Shown: positions 19,508-29,898 of the stretch, in pieces
Position numbering within the stretch: the first letter of the stretch is position 1
Layout: the number at the start of each line of letters is the position of its first letter
Source of the DNA: Burkholderiales bacterium
GTDB taxonomy: Bacteria; Pseudomonadota; Gammaproteobacteria; Burkholderiales; SG8-39
DNA length: 64,000 nucleotides
Direction of reading: 5' to 3'
Assembly: GCA_046153355.1 (NCBI GenBank)
Contig: JBJXEY010000163.1
Span: 6,402-70,401 of the forward strand
The notes under the pieces: model-generated
Told to the model about the DNA's origin: nothing
The model's database searches: none
What the model saw: only the letters and a program-made list of their open reading frames with translations
Made by a program: the position numbers and the translations under genes

Positions 19508-19684
19508 ATAGAGGACGCTTAGCTCGCGGGCGGCGCTGCGATAGCAGAATCGTGCCTTAAAGAAAGACCGATTGATCCCCGTCACGTGGAGTCGCGCGAT
19601 TACATTTCCACTAAAATGGCGGGCATGCAAGGCCGCCTAGCGTGCTTTCCCCGTGTTTTCCTAGTCCAAGAATGGAATGTAATC

Positions 19685-20437
19685 ATGTATAAGCTTGTGC
19701 TCCTGCGCCACGGCGAGTCGGCGTGGAACAAATCCAACCAATTCACCGGCTGGACTGATGTTGACCTAACCGACCACGGCCGCGAGGAAGCGCGGCGGGC
19801 GGGACAACTGCTCGCATCGTCCGGATTCGATTTCGATCTCGCCCATACTTCGGTGCTCAAGCGGGCAATTCGCACTTTGTGGATAACGCTTGATGCCATG
19901 GATCGCATGTGGATTCCTGTTTATCCGTCATGGCGTTTGAACGAGCGCCACTACGGGGCGCTACAGGGTCTTGATAAAGCCGAAACTGCGGCAAAGTTCG
20001 GCGAAGATCAAGTAAGGCGCTGGCGTCGAAGCTACGCTATTCCCCCGGAAAAACTCACCGCCAACGATCCGCGCAGCCCCTTGTCCGACCCTCGCTACGC
20101 GATGTTGAAACAAGGCGAGGTGCCGCTAACTGAATGCCTAAAAGACACCGTGGCTCGCCTAGTCCCGCACTGGGAGCAGGTCATCGCTCCCGATGTGCTA
20201 GCTGGCAAGCGAGTGCTGATAGTCGCGCACGGCAATTCGCTTCGTGCGCTGGTGAAGTATTTGGAGAATATTTCCGAGGAAAAAATCATCGATTTGGATA
20301 TTCCCACGGCACGTCCATTGGTCTACGAACTGGATGCAAAGCTTGTGCCCTTGCGTCCGCACTATTACCTTGGCGATGCCGCCGAAATCGAGGCGGCAAG
20401 AGCGGCAGTCGCCAATCAAGGCAAGGCCCGCGTTTGA
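19685..20437 (+). CDS. gpmA: 2,3-bisphosphoglycerate-dependent phosphoglycerate mutase
   Basis: [15 protein letters not shown] catalytic RHGE motif; start at ATG 19685 within the longer ORF. Confidence 0.96.
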   Translation: MYKLVLLRHGESAWNKSNQFTGWTDVDLTDHGREEARRAGQLLASSGFDFDLAHTSVLKRAIRTLWITLDAMDRMWIPVYPSWRLNERHYGALQGLDKAETAAKFGEDQVRRWRRSYAIPPEKLTANDPRSPLSDPRYAMLKQGEVPLTECLKDTVARLVPHWEQVIAPDVLAGKRVLIVAHGNSLRALVKYLENISEEKIIDLDIPTARPLVYELDAKLVPLRPHYYLGDAAEIEAARAAVANQGKARV

Positions 20438-21609
20438 ATTGGCGGACGTCTATCGTCCGATCGATACTGCTCGCCAGCGTTTTTATCTCCTGGCAAGCCG
20501 CTTGTGCCGAACCCAAGGAGCTCAACGCGCTTCGTGCGCGCCTCGAGGCAATGCGCGCCGCCATTGCCAATGCCGAGGACGCTAAAGGCGAGGCGCGCGA
20601 AGAATTACGCGACTCGGAGATGTCGATTTCCCATGCCAACCGAGAGCTTCGCGAGCTCGGTCGAAAACGCGATTTGGCGCGAGCCGAATTGCGCACCCTT
20701 GTCGCACGAAAATCCGCGATTGAGGTCGCGCTTGCCCAGAAAGAGCGCGAAATTGGCACTTTTTTGGCCGCCACCTACCGGCAGGGCGCTCCCAGCCACA
20801 TACGCATGCTGCTATCCGGAGACGATCCCAATCGCGCAGCGCGAAATATGCACTATGTCGCGCAACTGGTTCGCGCCCAGACGGGCCTATTGGAGACTAT
20901 GCGCGATGAATTGGCCAAGCTTCGCGAAGTCGAGACGGAAAGGGTCGCGAATAACCAACAAATCGCCCAGATCGAGGCCTCGCAACAAAGCCAGCGTGCG
21001 CAGTTGCTGGCGCAGCAGGCAGAACGACGCAAAGTCCTCAATAAGCTATCGGCGCAACTTCGCGCTCAGCAGCGCGAGGTGAAGGGCCTCGAACGCGACC
21101 AGATTCGCTTGAGCCAATTGGTGGAGGAGATCGCCAAGGTCGTCGCCGCAAAGCCCACCCAAAGCCAATCCATCCCCGCTAAACCAGCAGTAGCGGGCAG
21201 CGTGGATAACTTTTTTGCCAATTTGAAGGGGCGGCTTAGTGCGCCGCTTCGTGGGGTACTGGTGCATCGTTTTGGCGCGACTCGTCCAGACGGCGGGCCG
21301 AGCTGGAAGGGGCTTTTTTTCCGCGCTGCGGCAGGCGTGGAAATTCGCGCGGTTGCGCCGGGTCGGGTTGTTTTTGCCGATTGGATGCGCGGTTTTGGCA
21401 ATCTGCTTATTGTGGATCATGGTGGGAGCTATCTGTCTATCTACGGCAATAACGAGTCACTGTTGCGCGCGGTCGGCGACACAGTCGGGGCCGGCGACTC
21501 CGTTGCCACGGTCGGCGCTAGTGGGGGCGGCGAGGATTCGGGGTTATACTTTGAATTACGGCACGAAGGTAAGGCTTTCGACCCGGAAAAATGGCTTTTG
21601 CGCCGCTAA
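20434..21609 (+). CDS. Murein hydrolase activator EnvC-like (coiled coil + M23/LytM domain)
   Basis: Signal peptide, long Q/A/R-rich coiled coil, C-terminal LytM domain ([19 protein letters not shown]...[14 protein letters not shown]). Proposed TTG start overlaps the gpmA stop; the upstream part of the 491-aa ORF is a read-through of gpmA in another frame. Confidence 0.8.
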   Translation: MNWRTSIVRSILLASVFISWQAACAEPKELNALRARLEAMRAAIANAEDAKGEAREELRDSEMSISHANRELRELGRKRDLARAELRTLVARKSAIEVALAQKEREIGTFLAATYRQGAPSHIRMLLSGDDPNRAARNMHYVAQLVRAQTGLLETMRDELAKLREVETERVANNQQIAQIEASQQSQRAQLLAQQAERRKVLNKLSAQLRAQQREVKGLERDQIRLSQLVEEIAKVVAAKPTQSQSIPAKPAVAGSVDNFFANLKGRLSAPLRGVLVHRFGATRPDGGPSWKGLFFRAAAGVEIRAVAPGRVVFADWMRGFGNLLIVDHGGSYLSIYGNNESLLRAVGDTVGAGDSVATVGASGGGEDSGLYFELRHEGKAFDPEKWLLRR

Positions 21610-21689
21610 GCGAAAGAACGTTATCTCGGTACAGGTCTGTCGAGCCGGATAGTCAAATTTGGCAGCCCGCAACGCGACAATAGAACGCC

Positions 21690-23120
21690 ATGCGTGGACA
21701 AGGAGCATTGGGAATGGGCACAAAAATCAAACAGGCAAGCCTCGTTGCGGTGGGCATATTGGCTGGCGTCCTGCTTAGCTTAAATTTTTCGGCGGTCGCG
21801 CAGCGCGAAAGCGGACGATTCCCCCTGCCTGTCGATGAGCTGCGAACCTTTGCCGAGGTGTTTGGCGCGATTAAAGCGGGCTATGTCGAACCTGTCGAAG
21901 ACAAAAAACTCATCAATGAAGCGATCAACGGCATGCTCTCGGGCCTCGACCCGCATTCGTCCTACCTCGACCAGGAAGCTTTTAAAGAACTTCAAGTTGG
22001 CACGCAAGGCGAGTTCGGCGGTCTTGGAATTGAAGTGGGCATGGAAGATGGTTTTGTCAAAGTGGTGTCCCCCATTGAAGACACGCCGGCGTTTCGCGCC
22101 GGCCTGAAACCCGGGGATTTGATCATTCGCCTGGACGACACGCCGGTCAAAGGTATGTCGCTCAACGACGCAGTCAAGCGTATGCGCGGCAAACCCAAAG
22201 CGCCCATCCGTATCACCATCGTCAGAAAAGGTGTGGAAAACCCATTTGAGGTAACCCTGATTCGCGACGTGATTCGGGTGCAAAGCGTCAAATCCAAGCT
22301 AGTCGAACCGGGTTATGGCTGGGTACGGGTCTCGCAATTCCAAGAGCACACCGTCGAGACCATGGCCAAGCACATCACGGCGTTGTACAAAGATGGCCCG
22401 CTTAAGGGATTGGTACTGGATTTGCGCAATGACCCGGGTGGTCTGCTGAATGGCGCGGTGGGTGTGTCTGCGGCATTTTTGCCCGCAAAATCTCTGGTGG
22501 TTTCCACCGACGGCCGGACCGAAGATGCGCGCCGCAAATTTATCGCCTCACCAGAAGACTACATTCGCGGTCGCGGCGACGATCTATTGCGTGGTCTGCC
22601 TGCGGGCGTAAAAAACGTGCCGATGGTTGTTCTGGTCAATGCGGGCTCTGCCTCCGCATCCGAAATAGTTGCCGGCGCTCTGCAAGATCACAAGCGCGCC
22701 ACCATCATGGGCACGCAAACCTTCGGCAAAGGGTCAGTTCAGACCATCATGCCATTGGGCAATAGCACCGCGATCAAACTAACGACAGCGCGCTACTACA
22801 CCCCCTCCGGCAGATCTATCCAAGCCAAGGGGATCGTGCCCGACGTGATTGTTGAAGACCCCACGGCGGGCAGCGTTCGCGTTCGCGAGGCCGATTTGGA
22901 CAAACATCTATCGAACAATCAGGAGAAAGAATCGGCTGCGACCAAACAGCAGGCGCCGGCGAAGGCCGCCGACGATAAGCCTGCTGCACCGCTCGAGTTT
23001 GCCTCAGAGAAAGACTTCCAATTCCAGCAGGCAATGAATTTCCTGCAAGGCAGACCGGTGGCCGCGAGCCCGCAACCAGCCGGTGCGACCGACTCGCCAA
23101 AACCCGGCGCGAATAAATAG
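21690..23120 (+). CDS. ctpA: Carboxy-terminal processing protease (S41A, PDZ-containing)
   Basis: PDZ (GDLIIRLDDTPVKGM), catalytic GSASASEIVAGALQD and TFGKGSVQ motifs; start may be Met9 (21714). Confidence 0.9.
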   Translation: MRGQGALGMGTKIKQASLVAVGILAGVLLSLNFSAVAQRESGRFPLPVDELRTFAEVFGAIKAGYVEPVEDKKLINEAINGMLSGLDPHSSYLDQEAFKELQVGTQGEFGGLGIEVGMEDGFVKVVSPIEDTPAFRAGLKPGDLIIRLDDTPVKGMSLNDAVKRMRGKPKAPIRITIVRKGVENPFEVTLIRDVIRVQSVKSKLVEPGYGWVRVSQFQEHTVETMAKHITALYKDGPLKGLVLDLRNDPGGLLNGAVGVSAAFLPAKSLVVSTDGRTEDARRKFIASPEDYIRGRGDDLLRGLPAGVKNVPMVVLVNAGSASASEIVAGALQDHKRATIMGTQTFGKGSVQTIMPLGNSTAIKLTTARYYTPSGRSIQAKGIVPDVIVEDPTAGSVRVREADLDKHLSNNQEKESAATKQQAPAKAADDKPAAPLEFASEKDFQFQQAMNFLQGRPVAASPQPAGATDSPKPGANK

Positions 23121-23171
23121 ACCGTTTTCAACCACCCGCGTCGAAGGGCGCCAAGCGCCACGGCTTTCAAC

Positions 23172-23921
23172 ATGAATGATGCGGAGCTGCTTCGCTATTC
23201 GCGACACATCCTACTTCCGGAGATTGGCGTGGAAGGTCAACAACGCCTTCTGGGATCAAGCGTACTAATAGTTGGTGCCGGTGGCTTGGGTTCTCCGGCT
23301 GCAATGTATCTCGCGGTGGCGGGAGTTGGTACCTTGACCATTGCCGACGGCGACAACGTGGATCTGACCAATTTGCAACGTCAGATTCTGCATACCAGCG
23401 AGACGATCGGCACCGCCAAGGTCGATTCGGCGCGAAAAACGCTTGCGCGAATGAACCCAGAAACCAAGGTGGAAAGTATTGCTTGCAGGTTGGAAGGCGA
23501 ACAGTTGGGCGATCAGGTTTCGCGAGCTGATGTTGTTCTTGATTGTTGCGACAATTTCGCCACCCGCCACGCGGTGAATCGCGCCTGCGTGCAATTCAAC
23601 AAACCGCTGGTGTCGGGCGCCGGGGTGCGCTTTGATGGTCAAGTCACGGTCTTCGATTTACGACAAAAAGACAGCTCCTGCTACGAATGTCTATTCCCCG
23701 AAGATGCGGAGCTTGAAGAAACGCGTTGCGCGGTGATGGGCGTGTTCGCGCCGCTCACCGGGATCATCGGCACCATTCAAGCCGCTGAGGCCCTCAAACT
23801 CATCGCCGGTATTGGTGAAGCGTTGTCTGGACGCCTGCTGCTATTTGACGCCTTGAAAATGGATTGGCGCACGGTGAGATTGAAAAAAGACCCCGGCTGC
23901 AAGGTCTGTGGAGGAAGGTAA
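23172..23921 (+). CDS. moeB: HesA/MoeB/ThiF family adenylyltransferase (probably MoeB)
   Basis: RYSRHILLPEIG, VLIVGAGGLGSP, DNVDLTNLQRQ motifs and two CxxC pairs. Confidence 0.8.
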   Translation: MNDAELLRYSRHILLPEIGVEGQQRLLGSSVLIVGAGGLGSPAAMYLAVAGVGTLTIADGDNVDLTNLQRQILHTSETIGTAKVDSARKTLARMNPETKVESIACRLEGEQLGDQVSRADVVLDCCDNFATRHAVNRACVQFNKPLVSGAGVRFDGQVTVFDLRQKDSSCYECLFPEDAELEETRCAVMGVFAPLTGIIGTIQAAEALKLIAGIGEALSGRLLLFDALKMDWRTVRLKKDPGCKVCGGR

Positions 23922-23960
23922 TCGCGGGAAATAGATTAGAACGCAGAAGTTCCCTATCGC

Positions 23961-24542
23961 TTAGAAAAGCATCCTTCCCTGTTTATCCCATGAATCAGTG
24001 GGCAAGCGCTTAAAGCCACTTTTCGCGAATTGCTGCCATCGCCCGATCACATAACAAAGTATCAAATTCGCACGCGCATTGGGTTCCGGTTCTTCATGAC
24101 CTTGCGTCACTGCGACGCGCAAACATTGCTTGAAACTGGATTCAATACGGTCGTGCAGTTGATTGATGCGCGCCTGTAGCCGATGATCTTCGAGCACTAA
24201 CGCATCACCAATCAAGACTCGCGTCATACCGGGGTTTTTCTCGGCGAATCCCAGCAACATGCCCACCAGCGCATGTAATTGCTTGATGCCGTTTTCCTCT
24301 TCCGCGGAAATCTTGTTGGAAACGCCGAAAATCGAATTTTCGATGAACTCAATTAGACCCTCGTACATCTGCGCCTTGCTGGCGAAATGGCGATACAAAG
24401 CGGCTTCGGAAACCTCAAGTCTTGCCGCCAAAGAGGCCGTGGTGATGCGCTCGCCCTTGGGGTCCTCCAGCATCTGCGCCAAGAATTGCAGAATTTGAAT
24501 CTTTCGCTCGCCACGCTTGGGGCGTGGATTTTTTTCCGCCAT
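23961..24542 (-). CDS. slmA: Nucleoid occlusion factor SlmA (TetR family)
   Basis: Strong by-eye match to E. coli SlmA over the whole length (RITTA.LAA...VSEAALYRHF.SK..M...LIEFIE.S). Confidence 0.9.
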   Translation of the reverse strand: MAEKNPRPKRGERKIQILQFLAQMLEDPKGERITTASLAARLEVSEAALYRHFASKAQMYEGLIEFIENSIFGVSNKISAEEENGIKQLHALVGMLLGFAEKNPGMTRVLIGDALVLEDHRLQARINQLHDRIESSFKQCLRVAVTQGHEEPEPNARANLILCYVIGRWQQFAKSGFKRLPTDSWDKQGRMLF

Positions 24543-24569
24543 CTCGTCCTCCCGGTAATGCGACGCTTT

Positions 24570-25514
<945 letters not shown>

Positions 25515-25591
25515 TCAGCCGCTTTTTGCGGGACCCCGCGCGGCGAAACTGTTTTTTACAAAACGAAGCTGGCGCGGCAGCGGGTGTTCGG

Positions 25592-25626
25592 CAAAACAAT
25601 GCCGGCGCCCTACTCCGGACGCCGGC
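25592..25626 (-). terminator. Probable terminator of the hsp20 gene
   Basis: 7-bp GC stem gccggcg/cgccggc (25601-07 / 25620-26) followed on the minus strand by auuguuuu. Confidence 0.45.
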
Positions 25627-25643
25627 AGGGTCCTGGTTACCGC

Positions 25644-26084
25644 TTACTGGATTGCAATTTGCCGCGTGGATGCGGTGGCTTTCTTTGGCAGTGTCAACGC
25701 CAAAACACCGTCCGAGAACTTCGCCTCCGCGCGCGCCGGGTCAATATCCTGGCCCAGACTGAAACTGCGCGCGAGCTTGCCGTAGTAACGCTCGGTATGC
25801 ACAACCCGCTCGCCATCCTTGGCCGCGCCGTCTTTGATATCTCGCTGCGCACGAATTTCCGTTGCAATGGACACCGTATCGCCATCGATTTTTACCTCTA
25901 TGTCTTCTTTCTTCGCGCCCGGCAAATCGGCGTGCACCGTGTAGGCATCCGCCTGCTCGGTAACGTCAAGGCGCATCCCACGAGCCGGCTCGGTGCGCTC
26001 GTAGCCCATGGGTTTGACAAAAAAACCGCGAAAAAAATCATCCATAAGATCCCCAACCGGTTCACGCCGAATAATTCCAACCAT
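25644..26084 (-). CDS. Hsp20/alpha-crystallin family small heat-shock protein
   Basis: Alpha-crystallin domain (DVTEQADAYTVHADLPGAKKEDIEVKIDGDTVSI...GVLALTLPKK). ATG 26084 preceded by aaggag. Confidence 0.9.
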   Translation of the reverse strand: MVGIIRREPVGDLMDDFFRGFFVKPMGYERTEPARGMRLDVTEQADAYTVHADLPGAKKEDIEVKIDGDTVSIATEIRAQRDIKDGAAKDGERVVHTERYYGKLARSFSLGQDIDPARAEAKFSDGVLALTLPKKATASTRQIAIQ

Positions 26085-26133
26085 GATATTTCTCCTTTGT
26101 TTATGTTGAAGGGCCTCTGCCCCATGCGTAAAT

Positions 26134-26161
26134 AGATTGGGCATGCGACGAAATTTTCAAG
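26134..26161 (-). promoter_or_regulatory. Sigma-32 type heat-shock promoter of hsp20
   Basis: Minus strand reads CTTGAAA-N13-CCCAATCT, against the CTTGAAA-N13/14-CCCCATnT consensus; about 50 nt upstream of the hsp20 ATG. Confidence 0.65.
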
Positions 26162-26208
26162 TGCGGCCCAATACGCTTGCAACGACTGCCGCGACCCTAT
26201 AGATTTCG

Positions 26209-26808
26209 TTGCCACACGCTGCGGCCAATGATCGGAAAACCCTTTTGACCCTAGCCATTGAAATCCAGAAGCATCGCCCCTATCTGTTGAAGTTCGCAAT
26301 GCTGCAATTACGCGAACCTTCAGCCGCCGAAGATGCCGTGCAAGAGACGTTGCTCGCCGCGATTCAGGGCGCGCACAGTTTCGCCGGGCAATCAGCCCTG
26401 CGCACTTGGCTGGTGGGCATTCTCAAGCACAAGATCATCGATCACCATCGCAGGCAAAGCCGTGAAGCGCCGCTTTCATCAGACACCGATGATTTCTCCA
26501 TTGAAGATCTGGACGACCTGTTCCAGGCCAATGGCCACTACGCCGAGCCCCCCGAGACCTGGGTGTCACCGGATAGCGCACTTTCGGAGAAGAAATTTTT
26601 CGAAGCACTGGAGCGTTGCATGTTGGGTCTGCCGGTCAAATGCGCTCGTGCCTTCATGATGCGCGAAGTCATGGGCATGGAGACGGGTGAGATTTGTAAG
26701 GAACTAAAAATAACCTCGACCAACTGCTGGGTATTGCTGTATCGGGCGCGCATGTCGCTGCGTGCTTGTCTCGAGGCCGGGTGGTTCGCCGGATCGAAGG
26801 CAGGCTAA
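26209..26808 (+). CDS. ECF-type RNA polymerase sigma factor
   Basis: Region 2 (AEDAVQETLLAA...RTWLVGILKHKIIDHHRR) and region 4 (ICKELKITSTNCWVLLYRARMSLR). Non-ATG start (TTG 26209 or 26245) uncertain. Confidence 0.85.
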   Translation: MPHAAANDRKTLLTLAIEIQKHRPYLLKFAMLQLREPSAAEDAVQETLLAAIQGAHSFAGQSALRTWLVGILKHKIIDHHRRQSREAPLSSDTDDFSIEDLDDLFQANGHYAEPPETWVSPDSALSEKKFFEALERCMLGLPVKCARAFMMREVMGMETGEICKELKITSTNCWVLLYRARMSLRACLEAGWFAGSKAG

Positions 26809-26864
26809 TGAACGCAAAAGATTTGATCGCGCGCCACACCCGATTAATCGAAGTGGATCGATAG

Positions 26865-27068
26865 ATGGCACTGCTTTTCTTAACCTGCAAAGAAGCGAGC
26901 CGCTTGCAATCCCAGGCCTTGGACCGGGATTTGCGTCTTGGCGAACGGCTGTCCCTTCGCTTTCACCTTGGTATTTGCGATGCCTGCACCAAGGTATCGC
27001 AACAAATGGCGTTTCTGCGCCGCGCCCTGCGCGTCTATCCAGGCCCCGATGACGACCACAAAGTCTGA
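26865..27068 (+). CDS. Small zf-HC2 type anti-sigma factor (no TM segment)
   Basis: 67 aa, HLGICDAC (Hx3Cx2C) motif, directly downstream of the ECF sigma gene. Confidence 0.6.
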   Translation: MALLFLTCKEASRLQSQALDRDLRLGERLSLRFHLGICDACTKVSQQMAFLRRALRVYPGPDDDHKV

Positions 27069-27273
27069 AGTTATTGAGGCAGCCTGCCCGCGCTGCGAGA
27101 AAACATTTTCCTGCGGCGCCAAGGCGGGAAATTGCTGGTGTCAAAGTCTCGCGACATTGGGCCGCGTGAGCCCCGAACCGACCAATTGTTACTGCCGCGT
27201 TTGCCTCGAAGCCCTACTTGACACGCAGGCAACTAGAAAAGATGCGATAGCCATCGACACTCAGAGCACATAA
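27049..27273 (+). CDS. Cysteine-rich CWC-type small protein
   Basis: [12 protein letters not shown]...CWCQ...CYCRVC pattern. ATG 27049 inside the 111-aa ORF; overlaps the anti-sigma gene by 20 nt. Confidence 0.5.
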   Translation: MTTTKSEVIEAACPRCEKTFSCGAKAGNCWCQSLATLGRVSPEPTNCYCRVCLEALLDTQATRKDAIAIDTQST

Positions 27274-28604
27274 CGCGCGAGGTCTTCGCTAGCAGCCAAT
27301 TCCTTGAGTTTGGCATCCACAAATGGCGCGTCGATAACAATTCGCTGTGCATCGGTTTTCCCTGCATCGAACGAAACTTCTTCCAACAAACGTTCCATCA
27401 CCGTGTAGAGCCGTCGTGCGCCGATATTTTCGGTTTTCTCATTCACCGACCAAGCAATCTCGGCCAGACGTCGCACGCCTTCCTTGGTGAATTCCAGATC
27501 CACCTGATCGGTGGCGAGCAATGCCTGGTATTGACGCGTCAAGCAGGAGTCGGTGGCGGTAAGAATTCGCTCGAAATCTTCAACGGTGAGCGAATTCAAT
27601 TCGACGCGGATGGGAAACCGGCCTTGCAATTCCGGAATCAAGTCAGAGGGCTTGGCCAAGTGAAACGCGCCACTGGCCACGAACAAAATGTGATCAGTGC
27701 GGATCGGCCCATATTTCGTGGTGACCGTGGTGCCCTCAACCAGCGGCAACAAATCGCGCTGCACGCCTTGGCGCGACACGTCCGCGCCCGACATCTCCCC
27801 ACGCGAGGTAATTTTGTCGATCTCATCGAGAAACACGATGCCATTTTGTTCGACATTGGCCACCGCCTGCGAACGTAGATCATCGTCATTCACCAGTCGC
27901 GCGGCCTCTTCATCGACCAGCACGCGGTAAGCGTCCTTGATACGCATTTTTTTCGTCTTGCGCCGCCCACTGGACATGTTCTGGAACATGCCCTGAATTT
28001 GCTGGGTCAGGTCCTCCATCCCCGGTGGCGCGAGGATTTCCATTTGAGCGGAAACCGTGGCCACCTCGATTTCTATTTCGCGCTCATCCAACTCGCCTTG
28101 GCGAAGTTTTTTCCTGAATTTCTGCCGCGTCGCCGATTCCTCGGGGGGTTCCTTATCCACCTCGAACCCAGTCTCGCGCGCCGCCGGCAACAAGGTATCT
28201 AGCACCCGGTCTTCCGCGGCATCCTCGGCCTGGGTACGAACCTTCAACTTCGCCGCTTCGCGCGTTTGCTTGATGCTGTATTCCACCAGGTCGCGAATGA
28301 TGGTTTCGACATCGCGTCCGACATACCCGACCTCGGTAAATTTCGTGGCCTCCACCTTGATGAAGGGGGCGTCCGCGAGGCGCGCCAAGCGCCGCGCTAT
28401 TTCCGTTTTACCCACGCCCGTCGGGCCAATCATCAGAATATTTTTCGGCGTGATTTCTTGCCGCAGCGGCTCTGCCACCTGTTGGCGCCGCCAGCGATTG
28501 CGTAGAGCAATCGCCACGGCGCGCTTGGCGCGAGTCTGGCCGACAATGTGCTTGTCCAATTCATGCACAATTTCCGGCGGGGTCATACTTGAAAAACCAC
28601 TCAT
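27261..28604 (-). CDS. hslU: ATP-dependent protease ATPase subunit HslU
   Basis: [35 protein letters not shown]+ with I-domain. Confidence 0.97.
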   Translation of the reverse strand: MSGFSSMTPPEIVHELDKHIVGQTRAKRAVAIALRNRWRRQQVAEPLRQEITPKNILMIGPTGVGKTEIARRLARLADAPFIKVEATKFTEVGYVGRDVETIIRDLVEYSIKQTREAAKLKVRTQAEDAAEDRVLDTLLPAARETGFEVDKEPPEESATRQKFRKKLRQGELDEREIEIEVATVSAQMEILAPPGMEDLTQQIQGMFQNMSSGRRKTKKMRIKDAYRVLVDEEAARLVNDDDLRSQAVANVEQNGIVFLDEIDKITSRGEMSGADVSRQGVQRDLLPLVEGTTVTTKYGPIRTDHILFVASGAFHLAKPSDLIPELQGRFPIRVELNSLTVEDFERILTATDSCLTRQYQALLATDQVDLEFTKEGVRRLAEIAWSVNEKTENIGARRLYTVMERLLEEVSFDAGKTDAQRIVIDAPFVDAKLKELAASEDLARYVL

Positions 28605-28631
28605 CTTTTTGTGGCAGGCGCAAGCGGCCTG

Positions 28632-29168
28632 CTATCCCAGGGTTTCAATGACGATACTGCGGTTGGTGTAGATACACAGGTCGGCGGCAATCTCCAGGGA
28701 TTTGCGCACCACCTCCTCGGCCGGCAAGGCAGAGTTTTCCAACAAGGCGCGCGCCGCCGATTGCGCATACGGCCCACCCGAACCGATCGCGATTAACCCA
28801 AACTCGGGTTCCAATACATCGCCGGTGCCGGTGATGATCAACGAGGTTTCCTTGTCGGCCACGGCGAGCATTGCCTCTAAGCGCCGCAATACCCGATCAG
28901 TGCGCCAATCCTTGGCCAATTCCACGGCCGAACGCAATAAATTCCCTTGATGCTTCTCAAGCTTCGCCTCGAAGCGCTCGAACAGCGTAAACGCGTCAGC
29001 CGTGCCACCCGCGAACCCCGCCAGAATTCGTTCGTGATACAGCCGCCTCACCTTTCGCGCACTCGCCTTGATGACGATATTGCCCAGGGTCACCTGGCCA
29101 TCGCCGCCCAGAGCAACTCTGCCATCGCGACGCGCGCTGAGAATGGTGGTGCCGTGAAATTGTTCCAT
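28632..29168 (-). CDS. hslV: ATP-dependent protease subunit HslV
   Basis: N-terminal catalytic Thr context ([11 protein letters not shown]), proteasome beta-like fold. Confidence 0.97.
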   Translation of the reverse strand: MEQFHGTTILSARRDGRVALGGDGQVTLGNIVIKASARKVRRLYHERILAGFAGGTADAFTLFERFEAKLEKHQGNLLRSAVELAKDWRTDRVLRRLEAMLAVADKETSLIITGTGDVLEPEFGLIAIGSGGPYAQSAARALLENSALPAEEVVRKSLEIAADLCIYTNRSIVIETLG

Positions 29169-29187
29169 CTTGACTGGCGTATTTGGC

Positions 29188-29242
29188 GGGGCTGATGAAT
29201 TGGGGGTATGAATCAGGGCTACTGAATCGGGGCTACTGAAGC
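29188..29242. repeat. Four head-to-tail 13-14-nt repeats immediately upstream of hslV
   Basis: ggggctgatgaatt / gggggtatgaatca / gggctactgaatc / ggggctactgaagc, ending 20 nt from the hslV ATG. Confidence 0.8.
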
Positions 29243-29340
29243 AGATCTATCGAATCAAAGTCAGGCGGAGCAACCGCCGGTATCCATGCGCGCGAAATAC
29301 GAACCGGAGCTTCGCCCCGGCCGCGACATCCTGTCACGCT

Positions 29341-29898
29341 TTAATCGCCGTAGAGCTTTTGCTTAAGTTCCCGACGCGACTGCGCCTCGACGGTCAAGGT
29401 CGCGGTGGGACGTGCCAGCAATCGCGGGATACCAATAGCTTCGCCGGTCTCTTCGCACCACCCGTAGGTGCCTTCATCAATATGGCGCAGTGACTGCTCG
29501 ATTTTCTTCAACAATTTTCGTTCCCGGTCGCGGGCACGCAACTCCAAGGCATATTCTTCCTCGATGGTGGCCTGATCCGTGGGGTCGGGCTCGACCTCAT
29601 GTTCGCGCAAATGCTCGGAGGTTATCCCGGCATTCTCGATCAACTCCTTTTGCATCTGCACCAACATTTCGCGGAAAAAACCCAATTGCTCGGCATTCAT
29701 GTAATCCGCCACCGGCGCCTTGCGCAGCGCCGTTTCGCTCAAACCATTCGAGGCAACTCGCTCGGGGGTAAGGCGTTGCGGCGCCACGGTATTCGTTTGC
29801 GGTGCTTCAACCGATTTATCCGCCTTGGTGGCAGATTTTGCCGCGGCCCGAACTGGCGTGGATTTTTCCGACGCTTTTACTGCGCTGTTTCGAGACAT
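29341..29898 (-). CDS. dksA: DksA-family RNA polymerase-binding factor, Cys-depleted (DksA2-like), with Ala/Lys/Ser-rich N-terminal extension
   Basis: YMNAEQL.FFR..L, coiled-coil DxxDxA tip (DPTDQATIEEE), C-terminal WCEETGEAIG...TLTVEAQ where only 1 of the 4 zinc-finger Cys remains. Confidence 0.85.
   Translation of the reverse strand: MSRNSAVKASEKSTPVRAAAKSATKADKSVEAPQTNTVAPQRLTPERVASNGLSETALRKAPVADYMNAEQLGFFREMLVQMQKELIENAGITSEHLREHEVEPDPTDQATIEEEYALELRARDRERKLLKKIEQSLRHIDEGTYGWCEETGEAIGIPRLLARPTATLTVEAQSRRELKQKLYGD

Noticed and set aside
20134-20433. N-terminal 100 codons of the 491-aa ORF that would extend the EnvC-like gene back into gpmA
   Set aside because: This part overlaps the conserved C-terminal half of gpmA in another frame. 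A signal peptide begins right after the TTG at 20434, which overlaps the gpmA stop.
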